From assembly GCA_026414805.1 (NCBI GenBank), contig JAOAIH010000008.1, positions 1-64,000 of the forward strand: a DNA stretch of 64,000 bases. The letters run 5' to 3'. Positions 51,151 through 60,561 of this stretch are shown one piece after another. The notes under the pieces were generated by a model that worked only from the letters and a program-made list of their open reading frames with translations, had not been told where the DNA came from and searched no databases. Every line of letters starts with the position of its first letter. The first letter of the stretch is position 1. Both the position numbers and the translations under genes were made by a program. This stretch comes from Spirochaetota bacterium (GTDB lineage: Bacteria > Spirochaetota > UBA4802 > UB4802).

Positions 51151-52326
51151 TTGAATATATACTATTTTACAATAATCTTTTGTGGGGGTATGTGTATGGC
51201 AACAATTGAGGTGAAGGAAATTGATATTAATGACAAAAAAATGATGAAGCAGTTTATCATGCTTCCATGGAAAACAAAGATTTACGAAAATGATCCAGCA
51301 TGGGTGCCACCTATTATTGCTGATCAAAAAAAGCTTTTTAATCCAAAAACAGGATATTTTTATGAAATAGGACAGGTTGCATATTTTTTGGCGTATAAAA
51401 ATGGTACACCTGTTGGTAGAATTACAGCGCACATTAACAGATTATATGAAGAAAAATATAATACAGAGACTGGCTTTTTTGGATTCTATGAGGCCATTGA
51501 TGATCTGGATGTGGCACGTGCGTTATTTACTGCTGCTGAGGACTGGTTAAGAAAAAAAGGAAAAACCCGTGTTGAGGGACCTCAGAGTTTTTCAATTTAT
51601 GATTCAGTTGGGTTTGAGGTATTGGGCGAAGATATAATGCCGGTAGTAGGGCTTTTTCACTTTGCTCCATATTATAAAAATCATGCAGAAGCATGTGGCT
51701 ATACCAAATGTATTGACTGGCACTGCTTTTTAGTTAAAAAGATTGATGATTATAAACCGTATTTAAAAGATGTACGTGAAAATATAATGAAGACACAGGA
51801 TGTTAAGTATGTGTACTACACACCAAAAGAATTAAAAAAGCGTGCAAAAGAAATTCATGAAATTTTTAATAAAGCATGGGAAGGTAACTGGGGACATCTG
51901 CCATTGACACAAAAGCAATTTGATATGCTTGTTGAGGAATTAAAATTGGTTGCAGTGCCTGAGCTTATAGTCTTTGCCGAAAAAGATGGCAGAACTGTTG
52001 GATTCATTGTATCACTACCTGATATGAACCCTGCACTAAGGATACTCAATGGACACCTATATCCATGGCGGTTGATAAAAGCATTGAGGTATATCAAGAA
52101 AGTAAAAAAGATACGCACAATAATTATGGGTGTATTGCCTGAGTATCGGGGGCAAAAAATTGATGATGTGTTTTATCTTTACACAATAGAAAATGGTATA
52201 CGGCTTGGTTATGTTGAATCTGATTGCTCATTAATTGTTGAGACTAATTATAAAATGATTGGAGCTCTTAAGCCGCTTAAAGCGCAAATTTATAAAACCT
52301 ATCGTATTTATGAAAAGAAAATATGA
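51151..52326 (+). CDS. hypothetical protein, possibly an acyl-CoA N-acyltransferase-fold (GNAT/FemAB-like) enzyme
   Basis: About 380 aa with a GNAT-like C-terminal region (VLPEYRGQKIDDVFY). The start is probably ATG 51196. The function is not assignable from sequence alone. Confidence 0.35.
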   Translation: MNIYYFTIIFCGGMCMATIEVKEIDINDKKMMKQFIMLPWKTKIYENDPAWVPPIIADQKKLFNPKTGYFYEIGQVAYFLAYKNGTPVGRITAHINRLYEEKYNTETGFFGFYEAIDDLDVARALFTAAEDWLRKKGKTRVEGPQSFSIYDSVGFEVLGEDIMPVVGLFHFAPYYKNHAEACGYTKCIDWHCFLVKKIDDYKPYLKDVRENIMKTQDVKYVYYTPKELKKRAKEIHEIFNKAWEGNWGHLPLTQKQFDMLVEELKLVAVPELIVFAEKDGRTVGFIVSLPDMNPALRILNGHLYPWRLIKALRYIKKVKKIRTIIMGVLPEYRGQKIDDVFYLYTIENGIRLGYVESDCSLIVETNYKMIGALKPLKAQIYKTYRIYEKKI

Positions 52327-52380
52327 TATAAAATACAAAGCTGTTACAACAGTTTGAAAAGATTTTATTAAAAAGCACCC

Positions 52381-52840
52381 TTGAGCTATGAAGAATTACT
52401 TGCGTTGATTGATGGCATGTGGAAATTAGGCGTAAGCTTAGGGGTGCTACAGCCTAAGCACACCTTTAGAAGGCTCCTAAGCTGGTATCTGCATTGCGTG
52501 GATATTAAATTGTTTAAGGAAGAAATAACAAGAATTTGTAAGGCGTTATATCATAATAACATACCATACATGGTAGTTGGGGTGCAGACAGTATTTTTGT
52601 ATGGTAAGCTGTGCCTTACGCGCGATATAGATATAACGCTGGGTGTTGATGTTAAAATGTAGTATGCTTCCGCTGAAAATGTTATAATTTAAAAAATATT
52701 TGCTGGAAGAAAAAAAGATATTGAAGGTGGTAGAATTATCATTGCAAGGCAAAAAATTGATGATACATATATAATAAAATGGTTGCAAGATTTTGACAAA
52801 GCTTTTGATAAGTAATTTGTTGCTATATAATAAGAAATTA
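52381..52840 (+). pseudogene. probable remnant of a minimal nucleotidyltransferase-fold gene
   Basis: 93-aa ORF ending GVQTVFLYGKLCLTRDIDITLGV (an NTase G..n..DxD-like core). The downstream sequence continues in another frame (..IIARQKIDDTYIIKWLQDFDKAFDK*). Confidence 0.3.
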
Positions 52841-52871
52841 ATAATCAAAGATAAGTTGTTTTTCATTCACT

Positions 52872-53534
52872 GTGGTATTTATGAAACGAAACCTAATTAG
52901 CGGACAAACAAAAACTGAAGAAATTGCAAATGTCATTACTCACAGTATTGGCATTGCGCTTGGCATTGCAGGCCTTGCTATTTTAGTTGTGTATGCATCA
53001 ATAAAGGGTGATCCATGGAAGATAGTTTCATTTGCTATTTATGGAGTTACAATTATAGTTCTCTACAGTGCATCAACAATGTATCACTCAATAAAAAATA
53101 TTAGCTTTAAAAAGTTTTTTCAGGTGTTGGACCACTCCTCAATTTTTTTACTTATTGCTGGCACTTATACTCCATTTGTACTTGTGACTATGCGTGGTGG
53201 GTGGGGATGGTCAATTTTTGGAATTATATGGGGACTGGCAATTGCCGGCATTATAGTTAAAATTATAATGGGTACAGGCGGCGATAAGCTTTCTACTATA
53301 GTATATCTTGCTATGGGCTGGCTCATAATCATTGCATTTCATAAAATAATTGCGGTGCTACCCATTATGGGAATAATGTGGCTTGTAATTGGGGGGTTGT
53401 GTTATTCAATGGGGACAATATTTTTTTTGCTGGATAATAAGTTGCCCTTTAATCATTCAATATGGCATTTGTTTGTATTAGCCGGAAGTATAACACATTT
53501 TTTTGGTATACTTTTTTATGTGCTGCCGTATTAA
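52872..53534 (+). CDS. hemolysin-III / PAQR-family membrane protein
   Basis: 7 TM helices with conserved His motifs (ANVITHSIG, STMYHS, DHSSIF). Confidence 0.8.
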   Translation: MVFMKRNLISGQTKTEEIANVITHSIGIALGIAGLAILVVYASIKGDPWKIVSFAIYGVTIIVLYSASTMYHSIKNISFKKFFQVLDHSSIFLLIAGTYTPFVLVTMRGGWGWSIFGIIWGLAIAGIIVKIIMGTGGDKLSTIVYLAMGWLIIIAFHKIIAVLPIMGIMWLVIGGLCYSMGTIFFLLDNKLPFNHSIWHLFVLAGSITHFFGILFYVLPY

Positions 53535-53544
53535 ATGTATTTAT

Positions 53545-54000
53545 TTAACAATATCCTAATAGATGTAGATGCAGAGGAATCTTGTAGTCGGATCCATGAT
53601 AGTACCTATCCACACCATAATACAAATTTATTTTCTGATAGTATTTTAAACCTTTAAACTGGGAGTGTCCTTTACTTCTGCATCCTATTTCAAGTAAAAT
53701 TTTTTTGCCTTCATGTAACTCTTTGAATAACTTTCGATAGTTTTTTATAAAATGCACCTCATCTATAAAAAAAGATGAAATATCATATTCCTTATGCAAT
53801 GTAATAATAATTTTCTTTATATCGATGCTATGATCTAATGTATCAACAGATATGTACATGCTTGCAGGTATTTGGTTTCGTAACTGCCACAGTAGTACAG
53901 TTTTACCAACTCACTGTATGGCCTACTATCCCGGTAAAAGGTTTTCCAGTTCATTCACGTTTATAGTATATAAAAGAATGCTCTTTTTGTTAAGTGATTT
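53545..54000 (-). pseudogene. degraded AAA_14-type ATPase gene remnant
   Basis: Upstream of the 104-aa ORF the same strand encodes ..INVNELENLLPG (stop) then VGKTVLLWQLRNQIPAS in shifted frames. This is the GPRQVGKTTLL P-loop region of AAA_14 ATPases broken by stops and frameshifts. Confidence 0.45.
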
Positions 54001-54225
54001 TACAAAATGTATATCATTTTGTTTAATGATTTGATAGAAAGCTATTAATATCAAGTATATAAATCATACGGTAACTTGCAAATTGTATTTAAATAATGAA
54101 AAAAAATATGGTATTGTTATAAATACATCTTAAGGCAATATAATCAAGGTTTTTAATGTAATGGCGTTTACATTGGTTTATGGTAGGATAATGGCTAAAC
54201 GCATGTATTAGTACAACTGTTATAA

Positions 54226-56490
54226 TTATAATGTTTTTTCTTCTGGTATAGCTGCAACGTCTATATCAAGTGATTCATTGAATATTTGTAAAATATTTTT
54301 TGTGCAATTTGCTATTTTTGAAGCATTAACCAAATAGGCATAAAACAAAATACTTAGCCGCGTTTTAGAAGTTTCATCCTGTACACGTCGTATTTGCTTT
54401 TTATCAAATTCTGATATCAAATGAGCCAATCTGTTACATTTTTTTTCAACAAGCGATAAGTCGGCAATTTTATCTTTTTTAAGAGATTGCGCAGTGAAAT
54501 TCAATAAGTCCTTCAGGTGTTCAATTATCTGTTCCAATTCGGTTATCTGTACTTTAAGAAGCCCTTTATGATGGTTTTCAACATGAAGATACGAGCGGAC
54601 TGCAATATCGCGCTGGCTTTCTGCAATATCCTGTAAATTGCTTATAATCTGTGCATACCGTTGAGTTGCTGAAATATCCATCTTATGCAAAAGACGTAAT
54701 GTTTTAAAAATATTAGCAACTATAATATTGACCCATTCCTGTATATTTTTGGAATCATTGCGAGCAATTCGTAGCTCAACACGGTCATACAGTTTTAAGC
54801 CGTTAAAGCTCCTTACAACGGATTTTGAAATTTCTTCAAGAAGTTTCCCTGTCTGTTCAAATGTTATTTTAATAGCCGGGATGGGATCTTTAATTTTACG
54901 TAAATTATATACTTCAATTTTGCTTTCTACTTGTGTTTTTTCTTCATGTTTAATGTGATTTTTCCATAACAAATAGGCCGATAGGGCTACCAATAAAATG
55001 ATTCCTATCCCTGACAGTTTATAGATTATCATTGCATACACAAATGAAATTGTGAATGCCATAAACGCAGTAAAAAACCATCCACCAATAACTGTCATTA
55101 CCCCCGAAACTCTATATACAGCACTTTCCCTATCCCATGCACCATCGGCAAGTGAGGTTCCCATTGCAACCATGAAGGTAACATACGTTGTTGATAGGGG
55201 GAGTTTTAGTGAAGTTGCAAATGCAATCAGTGCACTTGATACAACTAAATTTACTGATGCCCTGATAAGATCAAATGATACAGGCCTACCATCTTCTGAT
55301 TGCCCATTAAACAATGCAATATCTTTACGCTTGTTAATTATTTCAATAATTCTTTTTGGTATGAATATTTTTACTGTATCAATAAAGTTTACAGTCATTC
55401 GTACTATAACTCGTGCAAGGAAAAATGGCTCAAACCGCTCAAGTCCCTCGTCCTGTCTTCCTAAATTCACTTCGGTCTTTGTTACTGTTCGTGCTTTTTT
55501 TGATACCCATAAGGTTATTGCCATAATTATGCCGGCTAAAAGTAGAATAAAAGTGTTGGTTTTAACTGGCTCATTGAGTGCTTCCATAGTAACGGTGAGG
55601 GGATTGGCAAAAAGTTTAGCATGGGAAAATGCACTGAATCCAGCAAGCGGAACGCCAATAAAATTTACTAAATCATTTGCTGCAAATGCCATTGCCAGTG
55701 CAAATGTACCTGCTAAAACAATTGATTTAAGTATATTAATATTAAACAAACTTGCAGTTATCTGTAATACTACTGCACTGCATATAAATGTACCCAGTAT
55801 AATAGTGTAACTGTGAGTTTGTATCCATTGTATCTGTTGAGCTGTTAAAAACGATGCGCCCTTTGCACCTTTTATAAGTATAAAGTATACTATCATTGAG
55901 AGGGCAAATCCACCCCAAATGGCTCCATACCGTTTTAAGCGCGACATGAAGTCAAATGTGAATATCATGCGGGATATAAATTGAAATATTACACCTGCAG
56001 TAAATGCAATAATAACTGATAAAAGAATACCTGATATAATACCCAAGACTTTGTCGGTATTAATATAATCTCCTAGTAGAGCATAATTTTTTGTTGTATT
56101 GAAAATTTTTATAAGCGATAGCGCAACGGAAGCACCCAGTAATTCAAATATTATTGAAACCGTTGTTGAAGTAGGGATCCCAAATGTATTGAATAAATCC
56201 AATAAGATAACATCAGCAAGCATTACAGCTAAGAATATGATTATGAGCTCATACAGTACAAAATTTGAAGGATTAAATATACCTTTACGCGCTATTTCCA
56301 TCATTCCGCTTGAAAATGTCACACCTGCTAAAATACCAAGGCTAGCAACAATTAAAATAGTTTTAATGCTGGCAACTTTTGAGCCTATAGCTGAATTTAA
56401 GAAGTTTACCGCATCATTGGCAACACCAACAATAAGGTCTAATATTGCTAAAACAAGCAAAATAAACAACGATAAATATATTATTTCCAT
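54226..56490 (-). CDS. inorganic phosphate transporter (PiT/PHO4 family) with a C-terminal PhoU-like domain
   Basis: Two PHO4 repeats with GVANDAVN and AFAANDLVN motifs. About 250 aa of C-terminal PhoU-like helical domain. 754 aa. Confidence 0.75.
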   Translation of the reverse strand: MEIIYLSLFILLVLAILDLIVGVANDAVNFLNSAIGSKVASIKTILIVASLGILAGVTFSSGMMEIARKGIFNPSNFVLYELIIIFLAVMLADVILLDLFNTFGIPTSTTVSIIFELLGASVALSLIKIFNTTKNYALLGDYINTDKVLGIISGILLSVIIAFTAGVIFQFISRMIFTFDFMSRLKRYGAIWGGFALSMIVYFILIKGAKGASFLTAQQIQWIQTHSYTIILGTFICSAVVLQITASLFNINILKSIVLAGTFALAMAFAANDLVNFIGVPLAGFSAFSHAKLFANPLTVTMEALNEPVKTNTFILLLAGIIMAITLWVSKKARTVTKTEVNLGRQDEGLERFEPFFLARVIVRMTVNFIDTVKIFIPKRIIEIINKRKDIALFNGQSEDGRPVSFDLIRASVNLVVSSALIAFATSLKLPLSTTYVTFMVAMGTSLADGAWDRESAVYRVSGVMTVIGGWFFTAFMAFTISFVYAMIIYKLSGIGIILLVALSAYLLWKNHIKHEEKTQVESKIEVYNLRKIKDPIPAIKITFEQTGKLLEEISKSVVRSFNGLKLYDRVELRIARNDSKNIQEWVNIIVANIFKTLRLLHKMDISATQRYAQIISNLQDIAESQRDIAVRSYLHVENHHKGLLKVQITELEQIIEHLKDLLNFTAQSLKKDKIADLSLVEKKCNRLAHLISEFDKKQIRRVQDETSKTRLSILFYAYLVNASKIANCTKNILQIFNESLDIDVAAIPEEKTL

Positions 56491-57207
56491 TGTTACCTGC
56501 CTTTAATGATTGTTTGGTAGTACACGTGAAACAATTATTGCATATTGAAAAATAGTGTGATGACTTGTATAAGCTGGCAGAAATTATAAATGAGGGATAT
56601 TTTAGTCAATATCTTTTATAAAATAAATTTTTAAAATTCTTCAACTAAAAATTGTAAAAAAAACTAGCTTCCACGAGAAATGGAATCAATAAAGAATGGA
56701 ATCTATATTATAAAATAAAAATTTTAGTAAGCGGGACATTATATGTCACTGTGCGCAGTATAAATTGCATTTAAAATTCTATTGTGAAATTGTTATTATG
56801 AGCAATGAAGTAAACAAGTAGCTTATCACAGTTGAAATGTAGGTAAATATACATAGTGATTGCTGTAATGGTGTGGCGATAGTTACTGTAAAAGTAAATA
56901 GTAGATATTCAATACCAATATTACGATATTGTTTCTTTAAAATATTGCAGTAATGATATTATCTAAGTCCAGGTGATTACTATGCATTGCTAAGAGTAAA
57001 AAATGATTGAAAAATTATAATTTAATAAAATATAGTAATGATGTAACAGGTGTTCTTAAATTTAATTAAATAGTGAAATAAAAACACTGTGAAATTTAGA
57101 AAAGATAACATATTTTTTTATATACAATTATAATAAAAGATGATGGCGTTGAAATGCGCTGGTGAAGGATGAATTTAATGATCTATAAATTATATAGCTA
57201 AACTAAT

Positions 57208-60200
57208 ATGAATACTGAATTTTATCTTTACACAAGTAACAACCTTGAATTTCTAGTTGATGAGTTAGGTAAACTACTTTTTAAAAAAAGGAAAAACGAT
57301 ATTCTTTCTCCTCACACTATTATTGTGCAGAGTTTAGGAATGCAGCGTTGGATATCGTTGCAGTTAGCTCAACGATATGGTGTTTTTACAAACTGCCTGT
57401 TCCCTTTTCCGCAACAATTTGCATTAGATGTTTTTAAGGCTGTGATTCCTGACTATGAGCTATCGCCCTTGTATGAAAATAAAATACTTATATGGCAGCT
57501 GGTAAAATTATTACCGCAATGCATTAATGAAATGGGATTTGAACAGGTAAAAAACTATTTAGTTGTTGATGGTACAATAAGCCAGATAAGGTTATACCAG
57601 CTTGCACACAGACTTGCAAATCTGTATGATGAGTATTTGGTATATTTTTATGAGTATATCCTGGAATGGGAAAAGCCAACAAAACAAAACGACTGGCAGA
57701 TTGTTTTATGGCGTTACGTCAAAAATGCTGTTGGTGACAATTCATCAGCATGTCACAAGGCCCAGCTTTTAAAAAAAGCAATCAAAAAATTGAGTGACTC
57801 CAAAAATAATGAAGCTTTAAAAGAAAAATTTTCTCCTTACATTATTTTGTTTGGGATTACAACCTTGCCCCAGTATTACATTGAATTATTCAAAGCTTTA
57901 AGCAGCGTTGTGCCGGTGCATATTTTTCAGCTTAATCCATCAAAGGAATACTGGTTTGATACAATAAATGAAAAGAAGAAGTTGCGTTTGGAGGAAGAAA
58001 ACATTGATACTGAAAAATTAAAATATGAAGTTGGCAATCCGCTTTTATCTTCGTTGGGAAAAGTTGGTGCAGAGTATATTGAAATGCTATTAGACTACGA
58101 AGCTGTAGATACTATAAACAGCGATACTGCATATACGTACATTGACAACACACAGAATGAAACTCTCCTGCGCATTCTACAGTCAGATATTTGTAGATTA
58201 ATTAATAGAGGAAGTAATGATAAAGAAATTTACAATCCCAATAGAATACAACCAAAAGTAGCAATTAATTCTAATGATAGATCAATTTCAATACATTCGT
58301 GCCATTCACCTCTACGTGAGGTTGAAGTGCTTAGAGATTACATCATTGATGTAATGAATAACAATGATATAATTCCCAATGATATAATTGTGATGGCACC
58401 TGATATTGATTTGTATGCGCCGTTTATACAAGCGGTATTTGATGAACAGGTGTTGAAGAAAGAAGGGTTGCCCTCGTTGCCATATTGCATTGCTGACCAG
58501 TCTTATAAAAACACCAGCAGGTTCATATCGGCATTTTGTGATTTACTAGAGGTTTTAGCAGGCAGATTGGAAGCCGATGTGGTGTGCCAGCTTCTTGAGT
58601 ACGATGAAGTTGCTTCTGGTTTTGGTATAGATAAACAGGCAGTATTGCAATTTCATGCATGGGTTGAAGAGCTTAATGTGCGCTGGGGAAAAGATAGTGC
58701 TCATCGAAAGCAATTTACACAGCAGGAAAGCAATGCGTTTACGTGGCACTATGCAATTGAACGAATGCTTATGGGCTATGCAGTACCAGAAAGTGCTGGG
58801 ATTGTAGATGATATAATGCCATTTGACTGCGTCGAAGGGTCCATGGGCAATGTTTTGGGATGTTTCATTAATTTTCTGAAAACACTTTTTTATTTTTACG
58901 ATGAAGCACAAAAACCAAAACCCCTATTGCAGTGGGCTGAGTTTTGCCAACATTGCGTCAATGCCCTGCTTAATGTGGAAAATCATTCACAGGATTATGA
59001 AAATATACAAAACTTGTTTGAGTCATTGCGGGCGATAGCTCCTAAAATTAATCTTACTGATAACATAGAATTTCTGGTTATAAAAAGCTGGATTGAAGAT
59101 TTTATTTCTGAGCAAAGAGTCAGCAGTAATTTTTTAACTAAAGGAATAACCTTTTGCCAGCTTTTACCCATGCGAAGTATTCCATTTAAGGTTGTGTGCC
59201 TTTTAGGAATGAATGATGATTTTCCACGACAGGATGACATTATAAGCTTTGATATAATGCGTAATGATGAAAAATATAAAAAGGAGCTGCCACGCTGTAT
59301 CCGTTCAAAGCGAAGCGATGACCGCTATTTATTTTTGGAAAGCATCATTTCTGCAAAGGAGTATCTTTTTATAAGCTATCAGGGTCAGGATCCGGTTGAT
59401 TTGAGCTTAAAGGAGCCCTCAATAGTTGTCAATGAACTTTTGGAGTACATTGAACAAGGTTTTTATTGTATTGATGAGAGCCAATCCATACGTGATTATT
59501 TAGTAACACAACACCATCTGCATCATTTTCATCCTGCATATTTCAACAACAGTAACAAACTTTTTTCGTATTCAAAAATGTGGTGTAATGAAAGCATTGC
59601 ACTGTATGATGAAAAGCGTGAGTATGAACCGCTAGTTATGCAGCCAGTAAAAACAGAAAAATTACAAACTGTAATAACCATGGATGAATTTGTACAGTTC
59701 TTTTATAATCCAGCCCGTTACTTTATTACAAAAATGTTGGGGATACACCTGCGTGATAGCGTTATTGAATTGAACAGCGAAGAACCTCTGGTGGTGCCAG
59801 CAGGCTTGGATAAATACACATTAAGCAACGAGTTGCTTGAATGGCGTATTCAAAACAATGAAGTTGAACAGTTTATTCATTTAAAAAAGAAAAATGGACA
59901 AATTCCAGATGGCGTGTTGGGCGATGTTATTGTTAAAAAAACAAATGAAGAGATTACACCTTTCATTGAAACTGTTACACGCATGTGCAAAGGTACAAAG
60001 CAACGTTATGAGGTGGAATATACTGTAAGTAATAATAATATTAATATTGTAATAAGAGGACTAGTTACACTATATGGCAACAACCAAATTTTTTATAGAT
60101 ATGGGAACTTGAAAGCAAAGGACAGAATAAAAGCATTTTTATGGCATATCTTTGTTTGCGTTGCATGTAATGCCAATGTGTGTACTTATTTTATTACAAA

Positions 60201-60561
60201 AGATAAGATTAATCCAATTAGCTATACATCCATGACCGTAGAAAAAGCAAAGAACTATTTGAATCAATGTATAGAATTATTTGTTGAAGGCTCTCAACGT
60301 ATTATTCCATTTTTCCCTGAAACATCATACATGTATTTTGATTTGATGATGAATGGTAAAACAAATAATAAATATTATGTGTATAATCTTGAAGAAAAAT
60401 TTTATAACAACAGTGGTAACACTATAGCTGAATATGATGATCCCTACATACAGCGTGCATTTTATAAAGTTAGTATTTTCCAGGATGAATCCATTTTTAA
60501 GGATTTTAGGGAAATTGCCACAAAAGTATTTGGAATGATAACTGAATGCCAGGTTTTGTAA
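57208..60561 (+). CDS. recC: exodeoxyribonuclease V gamma subunit RecC
   Basis: RecC N-terminal pattern (LYTSNNLEFLVDEL...TIIVQSLGMQRWISLQLAQRYGVFTNCLFPFP). 1117 aa. Immediately followed by recB with overlapping stop and start. Confidence 0.85.
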   Translation: MNTEFYLYTSNNLEFLVDELGKLLFKKRKNDILSPHTIIVQSLGMQRWISLQLAQRYGVFTNCLFPFPQQFALDVFKAVIPDYELSPLYENKILIWQLVKLLPQCINEMGFEQVKNYLVVDGTISQIRLYQLAHRLANLYDEYLVYFYEYILEWEKPTKQNDWQIVLWRYVKNAVGDNSSACHKAQLLKKAIKKLSDSKNNEALKEKFSPYIILFGITTLPQYYIELFKALSSVVPVHIFQLNPSKEYWFDTINEKKKLRLEEENIDTEKLKYEVGNPLLSSLGKVGAEYIEMLLDYEAVDTINSDTAYTYIDNTQNETLLRILQSDICRLINRGSNDKEIYNPNRIQPKVAINSNDRSISIHSCHSPLREVEVLRDYIIDVMNNNDIIPNDIIVMAPDIDLYAPFIQAVFDEQVLKKEGLPSLPYCIADQSYKNTSRFISAFCDLLEVLAGRLEADVVCQLLEYDEVASGFGIDKQAVLQFHAWVEELNVRWGKDSAHRKQFTQQESNAFTWHYAIERMLMGYAVPESAGIVDDIMPFDCVEGSMGNVLGCFINFLKTLFYFYDEAQKPKPLLQWAEFCQHCVNALLNVENHSQDYENIQNLFESLRAIAPKINLTDNIEFLVIKSWIEDFISEQRVSSNFLTKGITFCQLLPMRSIPFKVVCLLGMNDDFPRQDDIISFDIMRNDEKYKKELPRCIRSKRSDDRYLFLESIISAKEYLFISYQGQDPVDLSLKEPSIVVNELLEYIEQGFYCIDESQSIRDYLVTQHHLHHFHPAYFNNSNKLFSYSKMWCNESIALYDEKREYEPLVMQPVKTEKLQTVITMDEFVQFFYNPARYFITKMLGIHLRDSVIELNSEEPLVVPAGLDKYTLSNELLEWRIQNNEVEQFIHLKKKNGQIPDGVLGDVIVKKTNEEITPFIETVTRMCKGTKQRYEVEYTVSNNNINIVIRGLVTLYGNNQIFYRYGNLKAKDRIKAFLWHIFVCVACNANVCTYFITKDKINPISYTSMTVEKAKNYLNQCIELFVEGSQRIIPFFPETSYMYFDLMMNGKTNNKYYVYNLEEKFYNNSGNTIAEYDDPYIQRAFYKVSIFQDESIFKDFREIATKVFGMITECQVL

